DNA of 64,000 nucleotides from Dehalococcoidia bacterium (GTDB lineage Bacteria; Chloroflexota; Dehalococcoidia; Lucifugimonadales; UBA2985): NCBI GenBank assembly GCA_965219025.1, contig OZ244716.1, positions 7,812 to 71,811 of the forward strand, read 5' to 3'. Shown piece by piece: positions 1 to 9,896 of this stretch (position 1 is its first letter; each line of letters starts with the position of its first letter). The notes under the pieces were generated by a model. It saw only the letters and a program-made list of their open reading frames with translations, ran no database searches and was not told where the DNA came from. The position numbers and the translations under genes were made by a program.

Positions 1-2145
1 TCCATCTTGATGGCGGAGGGCGTGTTCCTCCTTACGTTCCTTGCCTGGGTGTTCTATCGCGCCTACGACCCCGCCATCGGCAGCACGGAGCAGCCGATGG
101 ACTTTGCGTTCCTCAACGCAGCCGTGCTTGCAGACTTCTTCCCGCCGGAAGACCCGTGGCTGCGCGGCGGCGAATTGCCGTACTACTACTTCGGCTACCT
201 CATGGCCGGAAACCTCACGGAGATGACGCTGATCCCCACCCGCGTCTCGTACAACCTGGCGCTTGCACTGATCCCGGCCATGGCGGCGTCCGCGGCGTTC
301 GGGCTTGTCTACAACCTGATTCGCGCCCACGGCTCGAACGCATGGCAGGCGGTGCGATTCGGACTCATCGCTCCGGTGCTGCTGCTGCTGGTCAGCAACC
401 TAGTGGGGCTGATGGAGCTGGTGAGGATTCGGGGATTCGGTTCGCCCGGTTTCTGGAGCTGGGTCGGGATCAAGGACCTCGGCCCTGCCGAGGCGCTCTC
501 GTGGCGTCCCATGGACTACCTGTGGTGGTGGCGGAGCACACGCGTCATAGACACGCTCAACGAAGACGGGGGGAGCCTTGACTACACGATAACGGAGTTC
601 CCGTTCTTCAGCTTCCTGCTGGGCGACCTGCATCCCCACGCCATGTCGATCCCGTTCGTGCTGCTCTTTGTGAGCTTCTGCCTGGCCGTGTACCTGTCGC
701 CTGCGCGCCCCGCGGTACGAGTGCTGCGAGAGAGACCGTGGACCGTTCTGGCGGCGGCAGTAATGCTGGGCGCGCTCGCGTTCGTAAACGTCTGGGACAT
801 TGCCACGTTCGGCGCGCTGTGGGCCGTTGTGGTCGTGTTCCGGTCGGTTCGCGAGACACAAGGCGACTGGGCCCGTGCGCTGCCCCTCGCGTGGCCGTCC
901 ATCGGCGCGACCCTGCTCCTCGCCGTGCTCCTGTATGCGCCTTACTACGTGAGCCTGGATAGCCAGGCATCGGGAATCCTTCCGGTTGGGGAGGTGGGTA
1001 CCCGGCCAATACACTTCCTCATAATGTGGGGGCTGTTCCTGTCCATACTCGCGCCGTTCCTGCTACGGCAGGCGTACGCGGCGCTCCCGTTGCCACGCAC
1101 TCGCACTGCCGGCGGCGGCGGCGAGGAGGCGGAGGCCACCGTGGCACTCGAAACACCTGCGGGCGGCGCGCCTCAGAACTCGTTCTCTGAGGTGTTCTGG
1201 CCGCGCGCCGCGGCGGCGCTTGCGGTGGTCATGCTGCCGTTCTTCATCTGGGCGGCGTGGCACCTTGGGTGGAACACGGTGGCAGGTTCGTCAAACCCCT
1301 TCGTGGTGGTGGGCGAGCGGCTGGTGAGCGTGCTGCCCCTCGCCGCCCTGCTGGCCGCGACCATCTACGCCCTCATACGCACGGGCGAGAAGGGTGATCA
1401 GCCCGCAATCGTGTTTGTTCTGGCAATGGCCTCGGTGGGACTCCTGTTGATTCTGGGGCCGGAGTTTCTTCGCCTGGACGACCTGTTCCACAACAGGATG
1501 AACACCATATTCAAGCTGTACTACCAGGCATGGATTCTCCTTGCGACGGCCTCTGCGTTTGGCCTATACTGCCTCAGTTCAATCGGGCTGCCGGGCCGCG
1601 GGGCGCTCCGCGCAGCGGTTGCGGCCTGGTGGGTCGTCATAGGCCTGCTGATGGCTGGCAGCCTGTACTATCCGGTGGAGGCTGCGTTGACCAAGAGCGG
1701 GCAGTTTCAGGGAGAAACCACCCTCGACGGTCTGGCGCACGTGGCTCGCAACAGCCCCGGAGAGTACGCCGCGATTGTATGGCTGCAGGACAATGCACAG
1801 GAGGGCGACGGATTGCTGGAGGCCGTGGGCGGTAGCTATACAGCTTACGGCAGGGTTTCGAGCAGCACCGGGCTGCCGACGGTGCTGGGCTGGCCGGGGC
1901 ACGAGCACCAGTGGCGGGGTTCGACCCTGCCGTTTGAGGGCAGGGAAGAGGACGTGCGAGCCATCTACGAGACGCGGGACGTATCCGAAGCCTCAGACCT
2001 TCTGGACGAATACGGAATCAAATATGTAGTGGTGGGTCCGCGGGAGCGGGCCTCGTACGGGACGGCGGGCCTGTCCAAGTTCTCGCAGCTGGGAGACGAG
2101 GCATTCTCGCAGGACGACGTGACCATATACACGATTCGAAAGTGA
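1..2145 (+). CDS. DUF2298 / Chlor_Arch_YYY-type multi-TM membrane protein (GT-C-like), 5' truncated by window edge
   Basis: Frame is open from base 1. Motifs EQPMDFAFLNA, PYYYFGY, TITEFPFFSFLLGDLHPH, RMNTIFKLYYQAW and LGWPGHEHQWRG are typical of the family; many TM segments. Confidence 0.85.
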   Translation, partial: SILMAEGVFLLTFLAWVFYRAYDPAIGSTEQPMDFAFLNAAVLADFFPPEDPWLRGGELPYYYFGYLMAGNLTEMTLIPTRVSYNLALALIPAMAASAAFGLVYNLIRAHGSNAWQAVRFGLIAPVLLLLVSNLVGLMELVRIRGFGSPGFWSWVGIKDLGPAEALSWRPMDYLWWWRSTRVIDTLNEDGGSLDYTITEFPFFSFLLGDLHPHAMSIPFVLLFVSFCLAVYLSPARPAVRVLRERPWTVLAAAVMLGALAFVNVWDIATFGALWAVVVVFRSVRETQGDWARALPLAWPSIGATLLLAVLLYAPYYVSLDSQASGILPVGEVGTRPIHFLIMWGLFLSILAPFLLRQAYAALPLPRTRTAGGGGEEAEATVALETPAGGAPQNSFSEVFWPRAAAALAVVMLPFFIWAAWHLGWNTVAGSSNPFVVVGERLVSVLPLAALLAATIYALIRTGEKGDQPAIVFVLAMASVGLLLILGPEFLRLDDLFHNRMNTIFKLYYQAWILLATASAFGLYCLSSIGLPGRGALRAAVAAWWVVIGLLMAGSLYYPVEAALTKSGQFQGETTLDGLAHVARNSPGEYAAIVWLQDNAQEGDGLLEAVGGSYTAYGRVSSSTGLPTVLGWPGHEHQWRGSTLPFEGREEDVRAIYETRDVSEASDLLDEYGIKYVVVGPRERASYGTAGLSKFSQLGDEAFSQDDVTIYTIRK

Positions 2146-2152
2146 TCATTCG

Positions 2153-4378
2153 ATGACGGGCGATTCAGCATCCACAGCCGAGCTGCAGGAGCGGCCGGCA
2201 CCCGGCGCCGCCGTAGGCGGCATGCCTTTCGAGCGATGGGAGCTGATTGCCTTTGGAACCATCTTCCTCGTCGCGCTGTCCATGAGGCTGTGGGACCTGG
2301 GCTCCAGGGCCTTCGGCTACGACGAGAGCCTTCACGCTTACTACAGCTTCCGTCTGGCGCAGGGCTTCGAGTATCTCCACAATCCGCTAACGCACGGCCC
2401 GTTCCAGTACCACGGAATGGCGGCCTTCTACTTCCTGCTTGGCGACAACGACTACGTGTCCCGCTTGCCGCACGCGCTGTTCGGCACGGCGCTCGTACTG
2501 CTTCCCCTCTTCCTGCGGGAGCGCTTAGGCAGAGCGGGGGCGCTTGCCACCGCCCTGATGCTGACCTTTTCTCCCATGATGCTGTTCTACAGCCGCTACG
2601 CCCGCAACGACATCTTCATGGCGGTGTGGACGTTGGCCCTTGTGGTGCTGCTCTGGCGCTACCACGACGAGGGCAAACCCCGATACCTGTACCTGAGCGC
2701 CGCGGTGCTCGCGCTTTCCTTTGCCACCAAGGAGACCACGTTCATCTTCGTCGCCATCCTTGGCAGCTACCTGCTCATAGTGGCGGCGGCGGACTGGATT
2801 CCCTGGCTGCTCAGACAGAGAACACCAACCCGTTTCTCGGACCCGGAAGCGGGCGGCGGGTATCGCTACATCCCCGGCGTGGGCTATGGCTACGGGCCCG
2901 ATCCCGCGCCGGTGCGCCTGTCCAACTTCACGCGGTGGGGTGCGTACCTGGTGCTGCTGGCTACCCTGACGGCACCCCACGTGTCGTCCGCGGTGAGCAT
3001 ATTCCAGGACCGGCTTGTTGGCGCGGGGATTGTGCTGGCAAGCTCCGACGGCCTTGTGGGGGCTCCCGCCGGCGACACCCTGTTCACGATTCAGGACGTG
3101 GACATCACCAAGGGGATCGTGGTGGCACTCATCGTGCTGGTGCTGATCTTGTGGTTCTCCACCATGGTCGGCATCACCTGGAATCGCCGACTCTGGCTGC
3201 GCTGCGCGGTCGTGTTCTACAGCATCTGGCTGCTGCTGTTCACCACCTTCCTCACCAACATGTTGGGCCTGGGCAGCGGGTTCTGGCAATCGCTGGGCTA
3301 CTGGCTGGCGCAACACGACGTGAACCGAGGAGACCAGCCCTGGTACTACTACTTCGTCATCACGCCGCTGTACGAAACGCTGCCGGTACTGCTTTCCGTG
3401 ATCGCTGTCGTCTACTACGCGTTCAAGGGCGACGGCTTCACGCGGTTCCTTGCGTACTGGACGGTTCTGACCTTCGCGCTCTACTCCGTGGCGGGCGAGA
3501 AGATGCCCTGGCTGGTCGTGAACATAGCCCTGCCGATGATTGTAATTTCCGGCAAGCTGATCGGAGACATGGTGGCAGCAACGTCGTGGAGCCGGATCCG
3601 GCAGGGCGGCGGCCTATTCCTTCTGCCCATTGCGGCGCTCCTTGTGTACCTTCTCGCCAGGCTGCTCCTGTTCGACATCCAGCGCGGCAACGTGCTGAAC
3701 TTCCTGGAGTTCGTGACGCTTCTGGGCTTCGCACTGCTGCTGGTGGGTGTGGGACTGCACCTGCTGCTGCGGTCCGGCGCGGCGAACGGGCTGCGCCTCA
3801 CTGCGCTGTCGATTGCGCTCCTGTTCGGCGTGCTCTCGGCGAGGGCCGGCTGGCAGGCCAGCTTCGTGCACGGCGACGAGCCGATCGAGATGATTGTCTA
3901 CGCCCAGGACTCGGGAGACGTGCCCAGGATTATCGACCGCGTCCGGGAGATCGCTGAGTCATCGGAAGAGGGTTACGACATGCCTCTGACGGTCGACAAG
4001 GACGCCTACTGGGGCATGCTCTGGTACATCCGGGACTTCAACAACGCCGAATATGCCGACCTGTCCAACCTTGAAGAACCGCCCAAGGGCGAGGTGGTGC
4101 TGATCAGCAACAACAACCGGGAAAAGATGGTCGCCTACGAGGGCAGGTACGCGCCAGCCGAGGACTTCAGGTACCTGTGGTGGCCAGCCGAAGGGTACAA
4201 GCCGTGCGGCGAGGCGGGCACGGAACCCTGCTTCCGCATCACGGACCTGTTCAGCAATCTCATCAGCAAGGAGAAGTGGCGGGAGGGCCTGGACTACTAC
4301 ATATACCGCAAGACGGACCTGGAGTTTCTCACTCACGATGCGGTGGCATACTTCCCCAAGGAGGATGCTGAGGAGTAG
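2153..4378 (+). CDS. TIGR03663-family (Agl23-like) PMT/GT-C membrane protein
   Basis: YDESLHAYYS, HGPFQY, YSRYARND, TKET, PWYYY and EKMPWL motifs; adjacent to the YYY gene, its usual partner. Confidence 0.8.
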   Translation: MTGDSASTAELQERPAPGAAVGGMPFERWELIAFGTIFLVALSMRLWDLGSRAFGYDESLHAYYSFRLAQGFEYLHNPLTHGPFQYHGMAAFYFLLGDNDYVSRLPHALFGTALVLLPLFLRERLGRAGALATALMLTFSPMMLFYSRYARNDIFMAVWTLALVVLLWRYHDEGKPRYLYLSAAVLALSFATKETTFIFVAILGSYLLIVAAADWIPWLLRQRTPTRFSDPEAGGGYRYIPGVGYGYGPDPAPVRLSNFTRWGAYLVLLATLTAPHVSSAVSIFQDRLVGAGIVLASSDGLVGAPAGDTLFTIQDVDITKGIVVALIVLVLILWFSTMVGITWNRRLWLRCAVVFYSIWLLLFTTFLTNMLGLGSGFWQSLGYWLAQHDVNRGDQPWYYYFVITPLYETLPVLLSVIAVVYYAFKGDGFTRFLAYWTVLTFALYSVAGEKMPWLVVNIALPMIVISGKLIGDMVAATSWSRIRQGGGLFLLPIAALLVYLLARLLLFDIQRGNVLNFLEFVTLLGFALLLVGVGLHLLLRSGAANGLRLTALSIALLFGVLSARAGWQASFVHGDEPIEMIVYAQDSGDVPRIIDRVREIAESSEEGYDMPLTVDKDAYWGMLWYIRDFNNAEYADLSNLEEPPKGEVVLISNNNREKMVAYEGRYAPAEDFRYLWWPAEGYKPCGEAGTEPCFRITDLFSNLISKEKWREGLDYYIYRKTDLEFLTHDAVAYFPKEDAEE

Positions 4379-4475
4379 GCCGCGGGTGGGAGGACTGCTT
4401 GTGGCGGCTTGCCACTCGCAGCTATACTTGAACTGGCGAGAGCCGAACGGCGATACAATTTGATGGAATCCCGCT

Positions 4476-5567
4476 TTGCATAGGTCCCTGCGATTCTGGC
4501 TGGCCATAGGAGCGAGCCTGCTCTTTCTGGGCCTCTTCTTTTCGCGCATCGATCCGGGGGAGACCTGGGGGAGACTGGAGGAAGCCGACTACTTCCTGCT
4601 GGCCCCGGCGATCGGCGTCTACTTCGCGGCCGTCTACTTCCGCACGCTGCGATGGCAGTACCTCCTGTCCCCAATGAAGCGAATGGCGGTGGCGCGCCTG
4701 TACCCGGTGGTGGTCGTGGGCTACATGGCGAACAACCTGCTCCCCGTGCGCCTTGGCGAGGTTGTGCGCGCGTACTACCTGGGCGAGCGCGAGAACGTGA
4801 GCAAGGTGTCGTCGCTCGCAACAATCGCGGTCGAGCGGGTATTCGACGGCCTGACGCTTCTGTTCCTCGCCGCCGTGGTGTCGATGTTCCTGCCGCTGGT
4901 CGGGCTGCTGCAGGGACTCGCCGACAGGGCGAGCGTGCCCTGGGTGCTCCTGGCGCTGGCAATGTCCATGCCGTTCGTGCTTGTGGCGGCGTTCATGATT
5001 CTGGCGTCCTACTCTCCGAGGTGGTTCGAGGTGTTGCTGCAGCGGCTCATTGGCGTGCTGCCGGCGCTGCTGCGACCCAAGGTCTCCGGGCTGGTTGGCA
5101 TGTTCATCGGCGGCTTGGCCGTGCTGCAGCATCCGCGACGGCTGCTTGTGGTGTTCCTGTTATCGCTGCCGGTGTGGCTGGCGGAGGCGCTGATGTACTT
5201 CATCCTGGCCTTCTCCTTTGACCTCCAGAACGTCTTCAACGTGACCGAATTGATTGGGGTCATACTGCTGGTGACGGCCGTGGCCAACCTGGCCATATCG
5301 GTGCCCACGGCGGGCGGCGGAATCGGCGCATTCGAGGTGGCAGCGGCGGCAACGCTCAGCCTGCTGGGCGCAGACGAGAGCACGGCGGGGGCCTACGCCA
5401 TACTCGTTCACGTGGCGCTGCTGGTTCCGGTGACGCTGCTGGGCCTGCTGTACCTGTGGACGGACCGGACGTCGCTGGGGCGGCTGACGCGTGAAAGCAC
5501 AGCCGATCGCGACGCGGCGCCCTACGGCTCTACGAGTCTGCCCCTGCGAGCGGAGGACAAGACATGA
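4476..5567 (+). CDS. Lysylphosphatidylglycerol synthase TM / UPF0104 flippase-like membrane protein
   Basis: RTLRWQYLL, GYMANNLLPVRLGEVVRAY, VERVFD and PTAGGGIGAFE motifs. Confidence 0.85.
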   Translation: MHRSLRFWLAIGASLLFLGLFFSRIDPGETWGRLEEADYFLLAPAIGVYFAAVYFRTLRWQYLLSPMKRMAVARLYPVVVVGYMANNLLPVRLGEVVRAYYLGERENVSKVSSLATIAVERVFDGLTLLFLAAVVSMFLPLVGLLQGLADRASVPWVLLALAMSMPFVLVAAFMILASYSPRWFEVLLQRLIGVLPALLRPKVSGLVGMFIGGLAVLQHPRRLLVVFLLSLPVWLAEALMYFILAFSFDLQNVFNVTELIGVILLVTAVANLAISVPTAGGGIGAFEVAAAATLSLLGADESTAGAYAILVHVALLVPVTLLGLLYLWTDRTSLGRLTRESTADRDAAPYGSTSLPLRAEDKT

Positions 5568-6892
5568 GAATAGGGATCATCGGCGCGGGAGCCGCGGGAA
5601 TGGCGGCGGCGTACACTCTGGGCAAGGCGGGCCATCAGGCCATCGTATACGAGGGCGCGCCCTTCCTGGGCGGACAGGCGTCGACGTTCGACGTGGGAGG
5701 CGGCCGGCTGGAGCGCGGATACCACCACCTCTTCACGAGCGACACCGATATTGTGGACCTCATCCACGAGCTGGGCCTGGGTCCGAAGCTGGCGTGGATC
5801 GAGTCCAAGGTGGGTTTCTTCTACGGCGGCCGCATCTACGACTTCGTGACGCCGATGGACCTGCTGAAGTTCAAGCCCCTGAGCCTCATCGACCGGTTTC
5901 GGCTCGGCCTTGTGACGCTGTACCTTCGCCGGTACAAGGACTGGCGCAAGCTGGAACCATTCGTGGCCTCCGACTGGATCCGCCGGCGCGCCGGCAGGGG
6001 CGTCTACGACGTAGTGTGGGGGCCGCTCCTGCGCGGCAAGTTCGGCGCCCACTACGACAAGGTGGCAATGCCCTGGTTCTGGGGAAAGATACAGACCCGG
6101 TTTGCCTCTCGCGGCAAGGGAGTGAAGGGGATGCAGAAAGAGAGGCTGGGATACCCCCTCGGCAGCTTCGCCGAGATCTTCGAGACGCTGGACACGCGCA
6201 TAAGGGAGCTTGGCGGCGAGGTGCACATCTCGACGCCCGTGCGCTCGATTCGCGTCCGCGACGGCCGCGCCGATGGCCTGGAGGTGCAGACGAGCAGCGA
6301 GGGCGCGGAGATGCTCAACTTCGACGCAATCCTCTCCACCACGCCGTCCTACGTCTTCCCGCGCCTGGTGCAGGGACTGCCGCAGGACTACCTGGACAAG
6401 CTGCAGCGTGTGGAGTACCTGGCCGCCGTGCTTGTCATCCTCGTGCTCAAGGAGCCGTTCTCTCACACTTACTGGCTGAACATCGCCGACCGGTCGATTC
6501 CGTTCGTGGGACTAATTGAGCAGACCAACTTCGTCGACCCGTCGATGTACGGCGGCAAGCACATCCTGTACATCTCCAACTATCTGGGCGATGACAGCCC
6601 GCTCTTCAACATGCCGCAGGAGGAGCTGCTGGAGGAGTACCTGCCCCATCTGAAGAAGATCAATCCCCGGTTCGACCGCTCCTGGATCGAAGAGTGGCAC
6701 TATCACAAGGTGGCAGCCGCCCAGCCGATCATCGGCGTGAACTACTCGCAGCAGCTGCCTGACCACCGGACGCCCATATCCGGGCTGTACCTGGCAAACA
6801 CCACGCAGGTCTACCCGGAGGACCGCGGCACCAACTACAGCGTACGCATGGGGAAGCGCGTGGCCGCGTTGATGATGGAGGATTTGGGGTAG
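5564..6892 (+). CDS. NAD(P)/FAD-dependent oxidoreductase (amine oxidase/HemY-like fold)
   Basis: N-terminal GxGxxG (IIGAGAAG), LGGQA GG motif, ERGYHHLF, C-terminal YPEDRGTNYSV; ATGA overlap with upstream gene. Confidence 0.8.
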   Translation: MRIGIIGAGAAGMAAAYTLGKAGHQAIVYEGAPFLGGQASTFDVGGGRLERGYHHLFTSDTDIVDLIHELGLGPKLAWIESKVGFFYGGRIYDFVTPMDLLKFKPLSLIDRFRLGLVTLYLRRYKDWRKLEPFVASDWIRRRAGRGVYDVVWGPLLRGKFGAHYDKVAMPWFWGKIQTRFASRGKGVKGMQKERLGYPLGSFAEIFETLDTRIRELGGEVHISTPVRSIRVRDGRADGLEVQTSSEGAEMLNFDAILSTTPSYVFPRLVQGLPQDYLDKLQRVEYLAAVLVILVLKEPFSHTYWLNIADRSIPFVGLIEQTNFVDPSMYGGKHILYISNYLGDDSPLFNMPQEELLEEYLPHLKKINPRFDRSWIEEWHYHKVAAAQPIIGVNYSQQLPDHRTPISGLYLANTTQVYPEDRGTNYSVRMGKRVAALMMEDLG

Positions 6893-6893
6893 C

Positions 6894-7532
6894 GTGAACC
6901 TGCTCTACGACCAGGAGATTCGCGTCTACTGGACACTATGCGGCTCCGACGGCAACAACGCCTACCTGATCGTGTGCCCGGAGACTGCGGAGAGCATCAT
7001 CGTGGACGCGCCGCTGAACCCGGAGGCGATCATCGCCCAGGCACAGGAGACGCACGTTCGCGCCGTTCTCATCACGCACCGGCACAGAGACCACACCGAG
7101 GGGCTGGCCCCGATCGTCGCGGCCACGGGCGCGCTCGTGGCCGCCCACACCAACGACGCCGACGGTATGCCATCGACGCCGGACATCCTCCTCGCGGACG
7201 GCGACACTCTCCAAGCGGGGAGCCTTGAAGTCAAAGCCATACACATCCCGGGACACACCCCGGGCTCGACGTGCTATCTGGCCGGCAACCACCTCTTCAC
7301 GGGCGACTCGCTCTACGCCGGCGGTCCCGGCGAGACCCGCGGCCCGGAGGCCACGTTGCAGATCCTGGAGGGCATCACCCGCAAGCTGCTGGTGCTTCCG
7401 GAGGACACGTTCGTGCTTCCGGGCCACGGCCAGGGAGCCAACATCGCGGCTGCGCGCAGGCTCTACCGGCACTGGGTCGAGCAGTACCCCGACCTGCTGC
7501 CGCCCATGCCTGAGGTTCCCGAAAGCCACTGA
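6894..7532 (+). CDS. Metallo-beta-lactamase-fold hydrolase (glyoxalase II-like)
   Basis: THRHRDH, PGHTPGS, FTGD and LPGHG metal-binding motifs. Confidence 0.85.
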   Translation: MNLLYDQEIRVYWTLCGSDGNNAYLIVCPETAESIIVDAPLNPEAIIAQAQETHVRAVLITHRHRDHTEGLAPIVAATGALVAAHTNDADGMPSTPDILLADGDTLQAGSLEVKAIHIPGHTPGSTCYLAGNHLFTGDSLYAGGPGETRGPEATLQILEGITRKLLVLPEDTFVLPGHGQGANIAAARRLYRHWVEQYPDLLPPMPEVPESH

Positions 7533-7544
7533 CCGCTCGCTGCC

Positions 7545-8147
7545 ATGTCCCATCGCGGCGCAGAAGAGAAGCATAAGGCGAACGGCGGCGACCCATTCGC
7601 GGGCGTCACGTATCGGGGCGTGGACTCGGAGACGTGGGACGACCTGGTCAGGCTGTTCACGGCACGGGGAGGTCCCAAGTACTGCTGGTGCATGGTGTGG
7701 CGCTCCATGCCCCCCGGCGAGAGCCGCAGCGACCGCGATGCCAAACGCTCCGCCCTGGACGAGCGAGTACGGGACGGAGTGCCCATGGGAATTCTCGGAT
7801 ACGCTGACGGTGAGCCTATGGCATGGTGCTCCATCGCGCCCCGTGACACGTACCGGCGCGGCCTGGCGGGCGCTGCGTCCGGCGGCGACGGCGTGTGGTC
7901 GATTGCCTGTTTCTTCGTGCCGAGACGCCTGAGAGGGCAGGGCGCAACCCGCTGCCTCATCGCCGCGGCCGTGGAGTTCGCGCGGGAGGGTGGAGCGCGG
8001 ACGGTTGAGGCATACCCTCCGGAGCCGGGCTCGCCGAGCTACAGGTTCATGGGAAGCGTGTCGTCATTCCTGGAGTCCGGGTTTCGTGAGGTTGACACCG
8101 TAGGTACGCGGCGCAGGGTGATGCGCCTGGAGCTTGACGAGACCTAG
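7545..8147 (+). CDS. GNAT-family acetyltransferase
   Basis: CWCMVWR, WCSIAPR, CFFVPRRLRGQG (acetyl-CoA loop), VEAYP. Confidence 0.8.
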   Translation: MSHRGAEEKHKANGGDPFAGVTYRGVDSETWDDLVRLFTARGGPKYCWCMVWRSMPPGESRSDRDAKRSALDERVRDGVPMGILGYADGEPMAWCSIAPRDTYRRGLAGAASGGDGVWSIACFFVPRRLRGQGATRCLIAAAVEFAREGGARTVEAYPPEPGSPSYRFMGSVSSFLESGFREVDTVGTRRRVMRLELDET

Positions 8148-8608
8148 CGCATGCCGCGGGCCTTCTCGTACACTTCGATGAACCCGTCCACGGAGGTGCG
8201 GGCCACGGCCTTGCCTATCAGGTTCAGCGGCAGGTCTTCCGGCCGCTTGAAGCGCACGCAGCACTTGCCCATGTTGAGCTTCTTCCCACTGGCGCGGAAC
8301 TCCTCCTCGAACCACTGCGCAATCTCCTGGTCGCCGTAGACGTTCATCAGGTAGACCGACATGTAGTTCTTCTGCGACGCCAGCGCCACCGTCTGGAGCG
8401 CCTGCTTGTTGTAGGTGACCGGATAGCGTTCTAGAGGAATCACGTAGGCTATCATGCCGTACTGCATGACCTCCTCGTAGCCGGGCGGCAGGTTTTCGAG
8501 GATCAGTCCTCGAATGGCCTCCATTGCCTCGCGCCGCTCCGGCGTCTGCTCCGACAGGTACTCCTCGACAGTTGCGGCATTGCTGTACGCCATGAATACA
8601 CTCCTCAA
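8144..8608 (-). CDS. DUF1801 (YdhG-like) domain protein
   Basis: TVEEYL...RREAM, YGMIAY, LASQKNYMSVY, MGKCCVRFK. Confidence 0.8.
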   Translation of the reverse strand: MRSVFMAYSNAATVEEYLSEQTPERREAMEAIRGLILENLPPGYEEVMQYGMIAYVIPLERYPVTYNKQALQTVALASQKNYMSVYLMNVYGDQEIAQWFEEEFRASGKKLNMGKCCVRFKRPEDLPLNLIGKAVARTSVDGFIEVYEKARGMR

Positions 8609-8945
8609 GCTAGCGGTATTGCGCCGTATGATCCAATGGCTATAGCTCGTCGAGGGTTGGGGGCAACACTCTCATTTGCTCTCGGTCCGTGTCTCGAAGC
8701 GGCATCTCATTCGCCCCTTGTCCCAGCGTTTCACTACAGTCCAGGGCTCCAGGGTCAATTCAGCGGGAGATCTCCATAACAGGGAGCCGGAATCTAGTCA
8801 ACAGATACCGGTCTGGGTTCAGTGAGCCTTCCGCCCGGAAGGATAACACAAGCTTTTGTCTAGTAGTATACTGCGCTATAGTCATCCCTACTGAGGTGCA
8901 ACGCACTGACATTGAAGATATCTATCAATCGAGAGTTCACAGGAA

Positions 8946-9167
8946 ATGATGGCGACCGAGGCCGGAGCGATCTATCCGACGCGTTGCAGCCTTGAAGAAT
9001 CCAAGAGTGGAAAGACCACCGATGTCTCGGCATCTTTCGAGATTCAGTCCAACAACCTGTTCAGCAGGGTAGTCGTAAAGCTCATCGGCAAGAAGCTTCT
9101 TGGTTCAACCCGTGAAGCCTTGAAGAACGATCTCTCTGATCTTGACAACGTGGAGCCAGTGACATGA
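8946..9167 (+). pseudogene. Probable C-terminal remnant of an SRPBCC/polyketide-cyclase-like gene
   Basis: Beta-strands followed by amphipathic helix ...ALKNDLSDL resemble an SRPBCC C-terminus. An in-frame TGA at 8913-8915 cuts off the N-terminal half. Confidence 0.35.
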
Positions 9168-9613
9168 GCCAGTCGATGCGGATCGTTGACACCGCCCCGG
9201 ACGCCTACATAGCTTCGCTTCCGGACGAGCATCGCGAGGCCCTAACATTGGTCGACGGAGCGATCCACCGTGCGCTGCCTGACCGCCAACGGGTGCTTTG
9301 GGAGGGCGTGTTCTGGGGCGGCACGATGCAGTCGATCATTGGATACGGCCACATTGAGCAGACAGGCTCATCGGGAAATACCGTCGAGTGGTTTCTCGTC
9401 GGCCTCGCTCGCCAGAAGAGAAACTACAGCATCTACGTTAACGCTGTGGTCAACAACGCCTATCTCGCCCACAGCTATGCCGACCGCCTCGGAAAGGTGA
9501 AACTTGGTGCAGCAAGTATCGGGTTCCGACGCCTTGAAGACCTCGACTTGGTAGTGCTAACCGAGCTAATCGCCGAGGCGAACAGACTGACTCCACCCGA
9601 TCCAGTCCGCTAG
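9164..9613 (+). CDS. DUF1801-like domain protein (second paralog)
   Basis: DAYIASLP...REAL, IIGYG, GLARQKRNYSIYV, GKVKLGAASIGFRRLEDL. Confidence 0.7.
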   Translation: MSQSMRIVDTAPDAYIASLPDEHREALTLVDGAIHRALPDRQRVLWEGVFWGGTMQSIIGYGHIEQTGSSGNTVEWFLVGLARQKRNYSIYVNAVVNNAYLAHSYADRLGKVKLGAASIGFRRLEDLDLVVLTELIAEANRLTPPDPVR

Positions 9614-9896
9614 CCCTGCCAGGTCAGCAGGTTTGATGTGGTAGGTTTCCGGCTTGCGGCACGAGCACATACCGGCCAAGAAGCCGTACGGCCACACGCT
9701 CAACGGTACACGCGGATGGCATGCCGCGCTCCCAGAGGGTCGCCTTCCATCTCAACGCCAAGCTCTGGCCGGCCCTACCAGTCCAGCGCGTCAACGAACT
9801 CACCACAAATCGCGCAGGGTGATCCAGTTGGCAAAGCTCGTCGAGAGTCGGGGGCAACATCCACATCTGTTCTCGGCTCATCGGACGATGCGGCAC
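9610..9896 (-). mobile_element. IS1182-family transposase N-terminal relic (frameshifted, with stops)
   Basis: Across frames it reads REQMWMLPPTLDEL..DHPARFV / EFVDALD..ELGVEMEGDPLGA / HPR.LLSVW.YGF...CRK, the DUF772 signature broken by frameshifts. Confidence 0.75.

Noticed and set aside
2236-3957. 573-aa alternative-frame ORF, and the many other long overlapping or antisense ORFs in the track
   Set aside because: Arg/Gly/Ala/Pro-rich shadow frames expected in high-GC DNA; they overlap well-supported genes and have no motifs.
8689-8949. 86-aa ORF upstream of the SRPBCC-like remnant
   Set aside because: No recognisable motif or SD; it could not be joined convincingly to the remnant.
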